DNA of 64,000 nucleotides from Blasia pusilla. Lineage: Eukaryota. Each line of letters begins with the position of its first letter. The stretch's first letter is position 1. Below the pieces are notes generated by a model, which was given only the letters and a program-made list of their open reading frames with translations, did no database searches and had not been told where the DNA came from. Location of the stretch: positions 22,692,001 through 22,756,000 of the forward strand of contig CM114271.1 of NCBI GenBank assembly GCA_050084515.1, given 5' to 3'. Below are positions 1 to 12,700 of this stretch, one piece after another. Made by a program: the position numbers and the translations under genes.

Positions 1-164
1 GACTATGGTTAATGATAGGGTTAGGGTTTCTTGTACATACCCTATATAATTGAAAAGAGGACCAACCTCCACTCATTCTCTCATTGCAAATTTTGTTCTC
101 CATGGTGGTGTGTGTGTGTGAGAGCCGTTTTCTACCAATTATGCTTGTTTAGATGTTTTCCACA
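1..164 (+). repeat. Partial 5' LTR of Copia copy 1
   Basis: Near-identical to ~4978-5355 apart from the GT tract. Contains TATATAA (43-49) and ends in CA directly before the PBS. Confidence 0.93.
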
Positions 165-176
165 TGGTATCAGAGC
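165..176 (+). promoter_or_regulatory. Primer-binding site (initiator tRNA-Met type)
   Basis: TGGTATCAGAGC immediately after the LTR, the standard plant Copia PBS. Confidence 0.93.
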
Positions 177-679
177 GGGAGGAGAACATCACTTGAAATA
201 CTTTGTGTTTGAAGAGAGAAGAGAGGCAAGAGAAGGCAAAATTTCATTTTGGGAGAAGGAAATTTTACTCTGAGTTCAGTGGGTGCAAATTTCAAGTGGA
301 GCTTTGATGGTGATAAAACTTTGGTGGCGTTTTTAAGGGCTTTTCGGTCGATTCAGCCGTCAGCGTCCACGTCGGCTACTACGATGCCCAAGTTTGGTTC
401 TAGCCGTCTTGTAGAGCTCATTGAGAGCTTTGCGATGCATCCAAAATGCTCGATTCTGGCACTCTAAGCTCCTGCAGCAGCAATTTCAGTGTAGGAAAGT
501 ACAATTAGTGAAGAAAAGTTGTGAAGTTTGCTCTCTACAAGCCAATTTCGACTAGTTCTTTCATACATTTGATCAATTTTGGCAAATTTCACGTCGATTT
601 TTGTGTAGGAGTGGTCTATGCTTCAATTGGAGCAGTAGAAAGCCTGAAATTACATTTTTTGTGAGTGAAATCGTTTATC

Positions 680-3600
680 ATGGAATATTCCTCAATAGCA
701 ATCACATGCGCGAAGCTAGACAAGCAGAATTACAATGTCTGGAAGTTTCGCATGAAACAATTTTTCATGGATCAAGAACTATGGGAGCTTGTTACAGGTG
801 ATGAGGCCAAGCCACAAGGTGACTCAACAGACTTCAATGTTCGCGCTTGGAACAAACGCACAAGGCAAGTAATCCACTATATTTCAATAACGATCAGTTC
901 ATCAATGATAGTTCACATCCAAGATATTGATATTCCGAAGGAGACGTGGGATGTTTTGGAAAAGCTATTCCAAATATCTACAAAGGCCATAAAGCTTCAA
1001 TTGAAACAGCAATTGAATGAAGTGAGGAAAGGATCGTAGAGCATCAATGATTATATTTTGAGTATCAAACATATTATTCATCAGTTGAATAACATTGGAG
1101 TGACAGCAGAAGATGATGATCTGATCTTATTCACTCTTCAAGGCCTTCCAAAGGATTACAAGTCCTTTGAGACCTCTATCTCTGTGAGAGAGAAGTATCC
1201 AACCTTTCAAGAGTTAGTTCCTCTGTTGATCAATGCAGAGATGCGTCTAGTAGGTAGCGGTAACTCGTCTAGTCTGCAAGAGAATGCGCTATTTGCAGGT
1301 TATGGATCAAACAGAGGCAAGGGTCGTGGCAAAAACTTCCGTGGTCGTGGTGGATATCAAGCATAAGGAGGAAGAGGCACTCAATATAACGTCACTCAAT
1401 CGACTACGAACCAGTACCAGACACAATCACATGGTGATGATGTGGGAAACCGTTGGGATCGAGGTCAGCAGCAGAGGGTTCTTGGATCTTGCAATTATTA
1501 TGGGATAAAGGGTCACTATGCAAAGTTCTGCTTCAAGAAGAAGGTAGATATGAGAATAGGAGCCTTATAGCAACAACACCAAGAGCAGTACCAAGAACAA
1601 CAACATTCACAAACGGAGCATCTCTTGGTCATGACTCATCATATTGGAGCAATGTTCAAGAAAGACTCGACAACAGATTGGTATATTGACTCCGGTGCAT
1701 CAAATCACATGACCTCATAAGCAAAATGATTTAGTAGTTTGGAGCCGGTGAAAGATCTTGCAATTGTGCTCACATGAGATGACACTCAACATCATATCAC
1801 GCATACCGGTAAAGTTCCAATAACATCATATGGTCTTTGTGCTCTTGGAAATGTTCTCTATGTTCCTACCATTGCAAGAAATCTAATATGTATATGAAAG
1901 ATAGAAGAACAGGGTTATCAAGTGAAGTTTAACGCATATAGTTGTTTCATTGAAATAATGGATGACCAGACTACGATAGCCAAAGGAACTAGATATGGCA
2001 GACTGTTCAAATTAGATGTTTCTATGCCAAAGATTCAAACATCAATTTATGGTCAAACCGGCCAACAAGTCACAGATCTAAATGTGTGGCATAAAAGAAT
2101 TGGACATATGAATCTTCAAAGATTATAGAGTCTTTCATCATCTAATATAGTAATAGGACTCCCTAAATTAGCGAGTCCTGCTACGTTAGAGGTATGTCCT
2201 GCTTGCCAATTTGGAAAACAAGCTAGGTTTCCTTTTCCAAAGCAAGGTAGAAGAGCATCCAAGATATTGGAGTTGATCCAAAATGATGTGTGGACAGCAT
2301 CACAAGAGAGCCTTAGTGGTTGCCAGTACTTTGTTTCATTTATTGATGAATTCTCTAGGTATATATGGATATACTTTTTGAAAGCCAAGTCAGAGGTATT
2401 CTCGGTGTTCCAAATATTCAGAGTTCTAGTAGAGAAGCAGACTGGACAACACATTCTGAAATTGCGTCGTGATGGAGGAGGAGAGTATCTTTCAACAGAG
2501 TTTGATGACTATTTACGTCAGAATGGCATCCAACGTCAAGTGACTTGCCGCTACACTCCACAACAAAATGGAGTGGCTGAGAGGAAAAATTGACATATTG
2601 CTGAAGCGGCACGAGCTATGTTGAATGAGAAGAACATGCCTAAGGTGTATTGGGCAGAGGCTGTAGCATGTGCAGTCTTCTTAATCAACCGAACTCCAAC
2701 AGCGCGAGTTCATGATAAAACTCCATTCGAAGTCTTCACAGGAAGTAAACCTGATTTTTCCTTCTTGAAATTATTTGGCTGTATCTATTATGCTCATGTT
2801 CCTTCTGAAAGACGTAAAAAATTAGACCCCAAGTCTGAAAGATGTATCTTCATTGGCTATGATGATGGAACTAAGGGATATAAGTGCTACATTCCATCCT
2901 CTAGGCAGCTTATTATTAGTCGGGATATTGTCTTTGATGAGCTAAAGTCATGGTATGCTCCATTTGAGCCTATTCCACCTCTAAACTTGTCTGTTGAGGG
3001 GGAGCATATGACTATAAACCAACAGACATTGTCTTCAACTTCCCTAAGTACTAGTGCAAGATTAGAAGAAGTCCTAGATTCATCCATTAAATCTGTGAGT
3101 CTATGGACGGGAAGAGTGCATATTCAGTCTGTTAACACTAGTCAGAGCTCGAGTCAGGTCTCAGAGGCATCTACCTCTGAACAACAACTTCGTAGATCAA
3201 GTAGAGTTACACATCCAGTTCATAGATTCATAAATGAAGGTTTCCTTGCGACACATCATGCATATATGATGACTACCCTTCAAGAGCAGGAGCCGAGTTA
3301 TTTTGAAGAAGCTGCGAGTAAAGCCGAATGGATTGAAGCTATGGAGGAAGAGCTTGCAGCATTAAGACATCAACAAACATGGGAGTTGGTTGATATATCT
3401 TCCGGTAATGAAGCTATTGGTTGCAAATGGGTTTACAAAATCAAGTGCAATCAAGATGGTACAATTAACAGATTCAAAGCGAGATTGGTGGCTAAGGGCT
3501 ATGCACAATAATATGGTATCAATCATGAGGAAACATTTAGCCCTGTTGCAAAGATGGCGACTACGAGAACAGTGGTTGCAGTTGTAGTAAGTAAGAAGTG

Positions 3601-4830
3601 GAGATTACATCACATGGACGTCAAGAATGCCTTCTTGAATGGAGATCTATACGAGGAGGTGTATATGACTCAACCACTTGGATACCACCATCCCAAGTTT
3701 CCATTTCACGTATGCAGGTTGAAGAAAGCTCTATACGGGCTCAAACAAGCTCCAAGAGCTTGGTATGGCAAGATTACATACGTCTTACAAGAGTTGGGTT
3801 TTAGGGTATGTGATTCTGACTCCTCGTTATATGTCGTAAGAGGACAATATCATATAGTTCTCATTGTGTTGTATGTTGACAATCTCTTGATTACTGGGAG
3901 TACTGAAGAAATGGTACAACAAGTCAAGCTTAAGTTACAAGCAGAATTTGATATGAAGGACTTGAGAGAACTCAAGTACTTCCTTGGTATTGAGTTTATC
4001 AAAGTTGGAGAGAGTATGTGGTCACTACAACGACAATATGCTCTTCATATACTTTCAAAATATGGTATGACGGCTTGTAAGCCAATCTCTACACCGTTTG
4101 ACCATAGCGTGAAGCTAAGAGTGGATGAAGGAGAGCTGCTTGCAGATTCTAATATCTACTTGCGCATGGTTGGAAGTTTGATCTATCTAACTATAACCAG
4201 ATCAGATTTGAGCTATGTTGTTGGCCTAGTGAGCCAGTTTATGCAAGCACCTCGAAAACCTCACCTTGATGTTGTGAGGAGGATTATGCGGTATGTGAAA
4301 TTCTCTATTCAATTCGGGCTTCAATTTGAACATTCTCCAAGTTTTCAATTACAAGGATTCACAGATGATGATTGGGCATGAAGCGTTTCTGATCGACACT
4401 CCACATCTGCTTATTCATTTACTTTCGGAAGCGCAACTATAATTTGGGCTTCAAAGAAGCAACCTACAGTTGCTTTATCTTTAACAGAGGCTGAGTACAG
4501 AGGAGCAACCAATGCAGCATGTGAGGCGGTGTGGCTTCATCAATTACTTGTTGAGATTGGTGTTAGTAATTTAGGACCTAGTGTAATATATGCAAAAAAT
4601 ATTAGTAGCATCAAGCTTGCTAATAACTATGCGTTTCATGCTCGTACAAAGCATGTTAAGGTGCACTATCATTTTATCAGAAGAAAGTGCTTGCAGGAGA
4701 AATTGATCTTGTATATATAGGTTCAGATCAGCAAATTGCTCACATCTTTACAAAGGAATTGTCTAGATATAAGTTTGAGATGTTTAGAAAGGATTTACGC
4801 GTTAGAGATATCGATATGAGCTTGAGGGGG
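680..4830 (+). pseudogene. Copia gag-pol polyprotein with premature stops and frameshifts
   Basis: Gag (NYNVWKFRMK), decayed zinc knuckle, protease WYIDSGASNHM (~1680), GAG-pre-integrase WHKRIGH, integrase FIDEFSR...TPQQNGVAERKN, RT KARLVAKG...DVKNAFLNG...LYVDN, RNase H remnant. Stops at 1037, 1364, 2126, 2591, 3509 and 4379. Confidence 0.95.
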
Positions 4831-5355
<525 letters not shown>

Positions 5356-5825
5356 GCCCTTAACCTCCTACATCAGGTCAAGAGCCAAGGAGGTAACTTG
5401 AGAGCATAGGTTACCATGGAGAGAGCTTGGGAGAGGGGAGGGGTATACCTCAAGGAGAGAGAGCTTGAGAGCTCATTCTCTCTTTGTTGAACCTCTTGGC
5501 TTGAGATGGCGGAGCTATGGTATTGCTTGCCTTGTGTGTGTAACCCAAGCCTCTCATTAGGAGGGTGGGTTTGATTTGACATTGAGAGAGACATGTGAGA
5601 GTGCACACATGTGAGAACTATGGTGTTGTGAGAGAGATTGGATCTTACTTTAATTGGAGATATTTTGGTACTTCTTGTCTCGTTGTTTGGATGCCATGAG
5701 TAAGCATGGGATCGTGCGGGTTTGTGTGTGTGTTTGGTGACAGCGATGTATGTTGTGTAGCGATGTGTATGCGCACGACACATGGTTTGACCAGTTTGAT
5801 CCTCAACAATTGCATGTCTGTGACA

Positions 5826-6248
5826 TTATGTAGCGGTAGGATGAATGCATGGTGTCGATGCATTTTTGTATAGATCTATCCTTTTGCTAGGTGGATTTGA
5901 ATCAATGTAGTGGACAACCCTAGATCTATAAATCATAGGTATTTGCATGGATGTTAAGGCAGCCTCAGTTGAAGAAACTGATATGTTAAGAACAACACCT
6001 GATACTAGTCTGAGTTTAACTTCATCTAGACCTTCTAGACCTTCTAGACCAAGACACTTGGCCGTCTCTGTATCTATATCTAAAGAGCCAGTCGGTTCAA
6101 ATTTGAGAGCATATTTTAGTAAGTAGAATGACCAATACGCATTAGTAACTCTCTGAATGTTCATGTGGGCTCCCCATAAAACTAAGAGTAGTGGATGATA
6201 TGGAATTACATTGCGATGTTCAAGTGATGGTCTATAGTAGGTCCAATA
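5826..6248 (-). pseudogene. Helitron Rep (HUH/Y2 endonuclease) fragment
   Basis: In-frame extension of ORF 5826..6164 reads YWTYYRPSLEHRNVIPYHPLLLVLWGAHMNIQRVTNAYWSFYLLKYALKFEP. This matches the Helitron Rep signature NVVPYNPxLL...AHxNIQ...YLxKYxxK. Confidence 0.75.
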
Positions 6249-7138
6249 CCTATATTCCTTGTAGGTTTTAGGAAAGTTAGCATATTTGGCTTCTAGACCA
6301 TGATTCGAGACAATCTACTACAAGGAATTGAGAACCTCCATATATACTCGAGTACGGAAAAATGTTTTCCTTGTGGATATGCCATGAGGGTGGACCTAGC
6401 ATGAGAGTCAATCCACAAATCAATGTTCCATCTACTTTAACATATATGGATTGGTTAGTCAAGGAGGATCATGTGTGCAGGTGTGAGCATTGTTGCACAA
6501 AAACGGACAATTATGTCCCTATGATAGATATGGACGGACAAGTTTGGACATGTCCACAGACATGCATTGCAAGAGGTGGGACCCACATTGTACTTCATGA
6601 TGGAAGGTAGCAAGGCAAGGGCGCATGGGGCAATAAGAAGGGAGGGGGGGAGGTGGAGGGAGGAAGAAATGGAGAATATGGAACACGAAGGCAAGTGGGA
6701 GGAATGAGAAAGAATGAGAAGGTGAAGCCCACATGGACAAGTCCTTCCATAAGAAGAACATAGATCCATGGATATGGACATGTCCGCATATATAGACATA
6801 TAGGTTTTGGTACTAAGCAAGAGTCACGCCTCAACATATTACCTTATTAGATTATGTATATATTCCATTACTTTGATACTTGGAAATTTTTAGGCATATG
6901 ATAATTTAAAATTTTTCCAAGGAGTTGATGTTCTTCTCACATAAGCTTATGGTTTGTTAGCCACCCATTTAGGGCCTCTTGATCCAACACATGGAGGATC
7001 CTATGACGTGCTTGTTGATGAATTATTTTACTAGAAAAACATGGAATCTCATAGATGAGTGTGTGAGGAGATATATATGCATCTAGAGGTAATTCGTTGC
7101 TCGATCAGTTGAGGAGGAAGATGGTCGTGTGCGTGGGC

Positions 7139-7380
7139 CAAGGTTGCACGGAAAGGGTCAAGTTTGGACATATTTATGAACATGCCCAACGTGTCCCCCA
7201 CCCCCAACCGAGCCCTCACCCATTTTGTAGCCCGCACGTGGCCCGTAGGGCAAGCTAGGCTGCGCCTACCGTGGGCTTTGTGTAGGGTGCAAAATGGGTG
7301 CGGGTTGACCGAGCCAAGGTCTATGTTATGGGCTCAGGCGTGGGTCCGCACATCATGTCCATCCTTAGCACAGGCTACTT
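7139..7380 (+). mobile_element. Fragment of hAT-like MITE family (terminus CAAGGTTGCACGGAAA)
   Basis: Same terminal sequence as 49971 and 50839, with GC-rich GCCC/GGGC subterminal motifs. Related pieces at ~6470-6820 and ~10650-10977. Confidence 0.55.
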
Positions 7381-9199
7381 GTGCCATTGGATTTGAGTAA
7401 TATGGAATGAAAACTATCGTGTGAATGACTTGCCTCTACACGGATGCCCATAGGATATGGTATATAATTATAAACAGCCTTTTGAGATGATGATGCAAAT
7501 AGTTAGGATAAGGAATTGAAGATTCACAACCTTCATTGAATGACCTACTACCCATATCAATGCACAGGGTAGCATTGACATAGGTTAGCATCGCCACATT
7601 TTAGGGAGGTCATATACATGTAGTATTGTTATCACATAAAAATTAAATATTTCTTGTTCCACTTTGCCTAAACCAATCTATATATGTCTCTTTTCTCGTA
7701 TCATCAATAAGGTTGTTAAGGATTCTAAACTTATCTAATCCTTTTTTTATTGGTTCTAATGGGACTCGAGTGATAATGGCCATTTTTTGTTTTCTATTTT
7801 ATTATTTATTTTTTGATATTATGCCAAGGTTTGAATAGGTATGACTCTTCATCTTATCTTGTAAAAGAAAAATTTAACAATATTTTTTTTTGTAAAATCT
7901 ATCCCCCAAGTGAAATATTTAAGTTCCTCTATCAACTTTCCTACTTATGTTGAATATATTGAGTGAAAAAGTTGCAAGTTTACTAAGAGATACATGGGTT
8001 ATTTAAACAAGGATACAAAGTTTCAAAAGCAAGAATGTAATAGATCTTAATTTTAAAATCAAAGTAGTGAAATTGTGAATTATGAATCTTAAATTTTTGA
8101 ATTTCACGTGTGTTATAGTAATCCAAATCTAAGTCATTCAATCAATCTCCAAAAATATTTTTTGCTACTTAATCAACTTGTAATATGATTCAATGGTGGA
8201 ATAAATTGATTTAATTATAAATAGGAATGAATACTATAGAATGCAATATGAACTTCCTCCCTACATATTCAAACTACATATCGTGTATATTAGATTTCAC
8301 ATAATATACTTTCTCTATTTTATTCAATAAAATTATGATGTGTGGTAGTAAAAGTACATGCTTACAACGGGGGATGAAAGGTGGATAATATCCCCAAGAA
8401 TGACATCAACATCTTGAAAGATAATTATATCTTGACACCATCAAAGAGAAATATTATTGTCATATCTCAATTTTGTGGATATATATTATTCTTAATTTGT
8501 GTGGCTCTTATTGCTAATAAGAACCAAAATGGTTATTCATTTTATCATATTTCTCTATCCTAACACTACACAAACATTAAATTTTCCCGATGAGGATTTG
8601 AGTAATTTATATTTGATTGAAGTTTTAAACATATATTTTCTTTGCTTGTTAAAGGGATAAGGGGTAGAGGATTAGAAGTGCCATTTTTTTGGGATGGAAG
8701 ATGGGTAAGTATTAATTAATTATGTTTTAAATAAAAATATGTCTGTGGGATCTTTGAATGAAACAGTGGAAAAGGGGAATTTAAAAGAAAAAAAAATTCA
8801 AAGAAAGAGGGTTGAAAAAAATGTATGCATTGTATTTTATGCTAACTAGTTACATACATTATATTGGATGTCTTTAGTTTTTTATTGGCTCTTTATTAAC
8901 ATAAATATCAATTTCTCATTCCATAGATGTTTTTCATGACTATTAATAAGAGTTAAAATCAAACCCTTCAATGAATTGGCCTAAATTATACATATCAGAT
9001 TTTTTCTTTTGGCCAATTGTAGGTAGTATTATCATGAGCACATGATAAGATTTTGGTTTTCATTATGGTTGGATCATGAAAAAGTCCAAACAAATAAAGT
9101 TTGTATACACATTACCTTAATATGCTCATACAAGACTTGCCTTTTCTCCAATCGCAATGAACCCATTCTCCATGGTTCCTTGCGATTGGGATTATTTTG

Positions 9200-12100
9200 G
9201 GATTACGTTCTACCTTGTGATTCACGTCTCTCCAAGTCGGGAATCCACTTGAAGACATTGATAGGTTAAGACATTGATACCTAAAACCTTCACAAATTTA
9301 ATTCTTGCGCTCAAGGCATGAGATTCCCATATTAGTTGCTCCATTGGTGGTACTTCATCTGATTTAGAATTCACCATTTTTAGCGTGACTTCCCAATATT
9401 GGAAACCCCACTTGAGATACCTCTTAAACTTGTTTAGCAAAAAGAGAAACTTATTTCACTTGATTAAGCCTAAAATTTTGAGGACACAAATATGTGCCTT
9501 GAATTACAAGAATCCTTGAGGCATTTCCATCTCCAAAATAAACCTCTAGTATGCCTTCAAGTGATCTATTCACTATGGCATCTCTACCAAAAAACCTCAA
9601 TGATGAAATCATGTTTATTCCGCTTAAACTACTTACTAGAAAACTTTTCTCACTAAACTTGCCTTTCTCTCTTGAAATCAGCATCGTGATATTCAACACA
9701 TGGGTCTAGATGGTTCTTGATTGTTCCTCTACATAAATCACAACTTGGGGTTGCTCCGTATACTAGCTCTCTTAACCTCTCCATTAATGCTCATATGTCA
9801 ATCAAAGCTACCACATATTTTCTTGCAATCAACACCTAAACCAAAACTTGATCATTTTAAAGCTTGTCACCTTCCCTCTAGTCATTTTCCGAAGGCTCTC
9901 GATCAATCCCATTGAATGCTAAGTCATTAGACCCTCTTACTTGGTCCACGTCCTCTCCTCGGGCTATTGAGCACACTCTTTGTGACGTCGATGCAATATT
10001 TCTTAAGTTGGACCCTTTAGCGTTGAGGTTGCTTGACGAGACCAAGATCTCTGTGCATGTAATAAACACCCTTTGAATTTAGGTTTGCTTAGGGTCTCCA
10101 CTTGCTTGGAACTCAATGTTTGTTGAGGTTTAAACATCCTTGCAAAATTTTCTCTTCGGGTTTCTTATTGTCTATCCCACAAAACGGTGCTCTTGTTTTC
10201 ATGGTTAGGACTATCCCATCTCTCTTCTTAAGACTTGGGTTGACCACCACTAGTTGGGGCGCCAATCGATCTCCACCTTTAACTTCCCAAACTTGGTTGC
10301 AATGATGCACTCTTTTCCCTCAATTTACTTTCCAATTTAGAGAGCATTGACTCCACAAAGTTGAAGACTTGATCAGTCTTTGAGACATTTTAAATTATTA
10401 CCAATGTCTCTTGAAATTAAGTAATGAAACTTGCAATCAAGCCTCCCAAATATATTTTCTGAAACTTGATATTTGGTTGAATTATTGGACCATGGGGACC
10501 AAAACATCGCCTAATTTTGGGGGTGAGCGTCTCTTTATACAGCTTGGTAATATTTTCAAGGTTGCACAAAAACAATTTTTTTATCGATGGCATGGACATG
10601 TCTCAACAAGTTTGGAAATGCCAAACAAGTCCCCCGCCTATGTTTTTTAGTACTCGGGTCACCCGCATAAGCTTCAAACATGGGAACACGTGCGGGCTTG
10701 GATTAAGGGTACGAGGTAGGGACCAAATGGGTGTGCAAGCAGCATGCCCGCATCTAGCCCATGTTTGGCCCAGATCAAGCCCGATTTGGAGGTGTGCGAG
10801 CTAGTGTTGACTTGATACGGGCTCAATATAGGCCATAAAGGCTTGGCGTGGGCTAGATACCAGCTAGCCAAGCCCAAGCCTAAAGTGCAAGCAACGAGAA
10901 TCTGGGCATGCATGAAAATGTTAGACTTGGGACGTATATAAGTCCACGGACACAAACTTTGTCTATGTGCAACCTTGAGTATTTTGATTCTTAAAAACTT
11001 ATTCACATTTTGTGATTGCATATGGCTTCAACTTCAAGGATGCCTCGACTTCCCATGGCCTTAAGAACGTGGTAAGTCTTAAACATTTGATGTACCTTAG
11101 TCACCCATTGATTAAGGTGCTTGATATCCGTTCCTGCCTTTGTAAACAAGTAACTCCTCCCTCATGTCTCCCAATTGGGACCTTGGTAATGAGATCATAG
11201 TTGAACTTCATGGTTACCCAAACTTCATAGCATATATGGATATGAAAATGGTCCCTACGTACCTCAAAGATGACACTCTAGATCTCACTATAACTCGTGG
11301 GTGGTTGGACTCTTGCGACTCCTCTTTGAGCATCCCCACTTGTCTTCTTCTTATTTAGCAATGATTATTTTGGCCCATCGAGTTGGATGTTGTGCTCCTT
11401 GAAGTTGATTTCTAAAAAAAAATTCCAAGAGTCTCAAGAGGAAACATCTTGCTAATGATATTTCGTCTCTGAATCCCTCCTCTTAATCATGTTGTTAATT
11501 GAGTCTTTCAATGTCCTAAAAACTTCATGGGAGATCTATACCTATTTTTTAATTCCCATCATCTCTCAATACTCCCCCATAGTTTGATGGTTTAGGATCT
11601 ACGACTTTCTTCTTTCTCTTGTTGGGCTTGTGGTAGTCCTTAATTAGTCATTATGATTGCCATCACCAAAGTCTCCCACTACTTATAGCCTATTGGTTGG
11701 TGTGCTATATTACTATGTTGTATAGTTCAAATCCTACTTCTCCTTGCTAACCCGCAAAGAGATCTTGACCGTTAGACTCGTAAGTGAAACTCTCAGGTTG
11801 AGTCTCAAAGACCCAACCCAAGACTTTCCCGCGTTTCGTAGGCAAGTCGGATAGCTGCTTTAGCCTAAACAGTTATGTATCCCCCAAGATGCATACCATC
11901 TTCCTAAGATTCCTATTTCCCAAGCCTCACCCAATCTTCCTAAGTTGCTTACCTAAACGAGATTGGAGCGTGACGATGAATTCCTCACATGCATCCCGAA
12001 TGGTTCCTTAGCTCAAACCTAAAACATGCCCAAGCACAAATTAAACATGGTTAATTTCTTGTTCCAAGACTTGCGTAAATAGGGAGAGAGAGGATCTCCC

Positions 12101-12700
12101 CCTATAGGTACATCATGGGTTCTTTGATACAATCCTACCTTTCCCATCCTCCATATTGAGCCCTTGGTTGTGGCCCACAATCCAAACATGCATGATTTCC
12201 GTCTTGCTGACCTACGTTTGGCGAGCTAGACCCTGAGATGACTTGGAAGAGTCCTTTGGCATATTCCACCTAACTTAAATTACCCAAACTCATCTTGGAA
12301 CCTTATTATGGATTTTGTGTGTCTCATGGCTACTGCCCGTCTCGACTATAGACTCTCGCTATTTGGCATCTTATGGTTGTCTTGCGGCCCTTAGTGTATC
12401 CTGACTAATCTCATGGTATATTGCCCTAACTTCTTGACTACTCTAATCTTCCTTACTACTCACCATTGACTCAATACTTGACTCAAGGGCCTTTAATATT
12501 TGTTTCCTAGTCTTCATCTGGGTAAGTGACTATGCCCATTTATTCCTAAGATTACTTGTAATTGGTTGTGCCACAATTTCTAGTTTTGTGACTAGTTTGT
12601 GTAGGTTTCAACTTTGGTAGGTCATAGAAATGTCTCTCTACCTTTGATCCACGATCATGACTTGCTTTGCAGATCCTCGCTAGTGTGGGCGCCATAGACT
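9200..12700 (-). mobile_element. Highly decayed retroelement relic, possibly Ty3/Gypsy gag-protease region
   Basis: Fragmented minus-strand coding-like sequence. LVSSLSGINMIS (~9600-9640) resembles a decayed LVDSGSxxNxIS aspartic protease motif. Boundaries are approximate. Confidence 0.3.

Noticed and set aside
17-29. AGGGTTAGGGTTT as a telomere or interstitial telomeric array
   Set aside because: Only about two units, and an integral part of the LTR seen at the same position in other copies.
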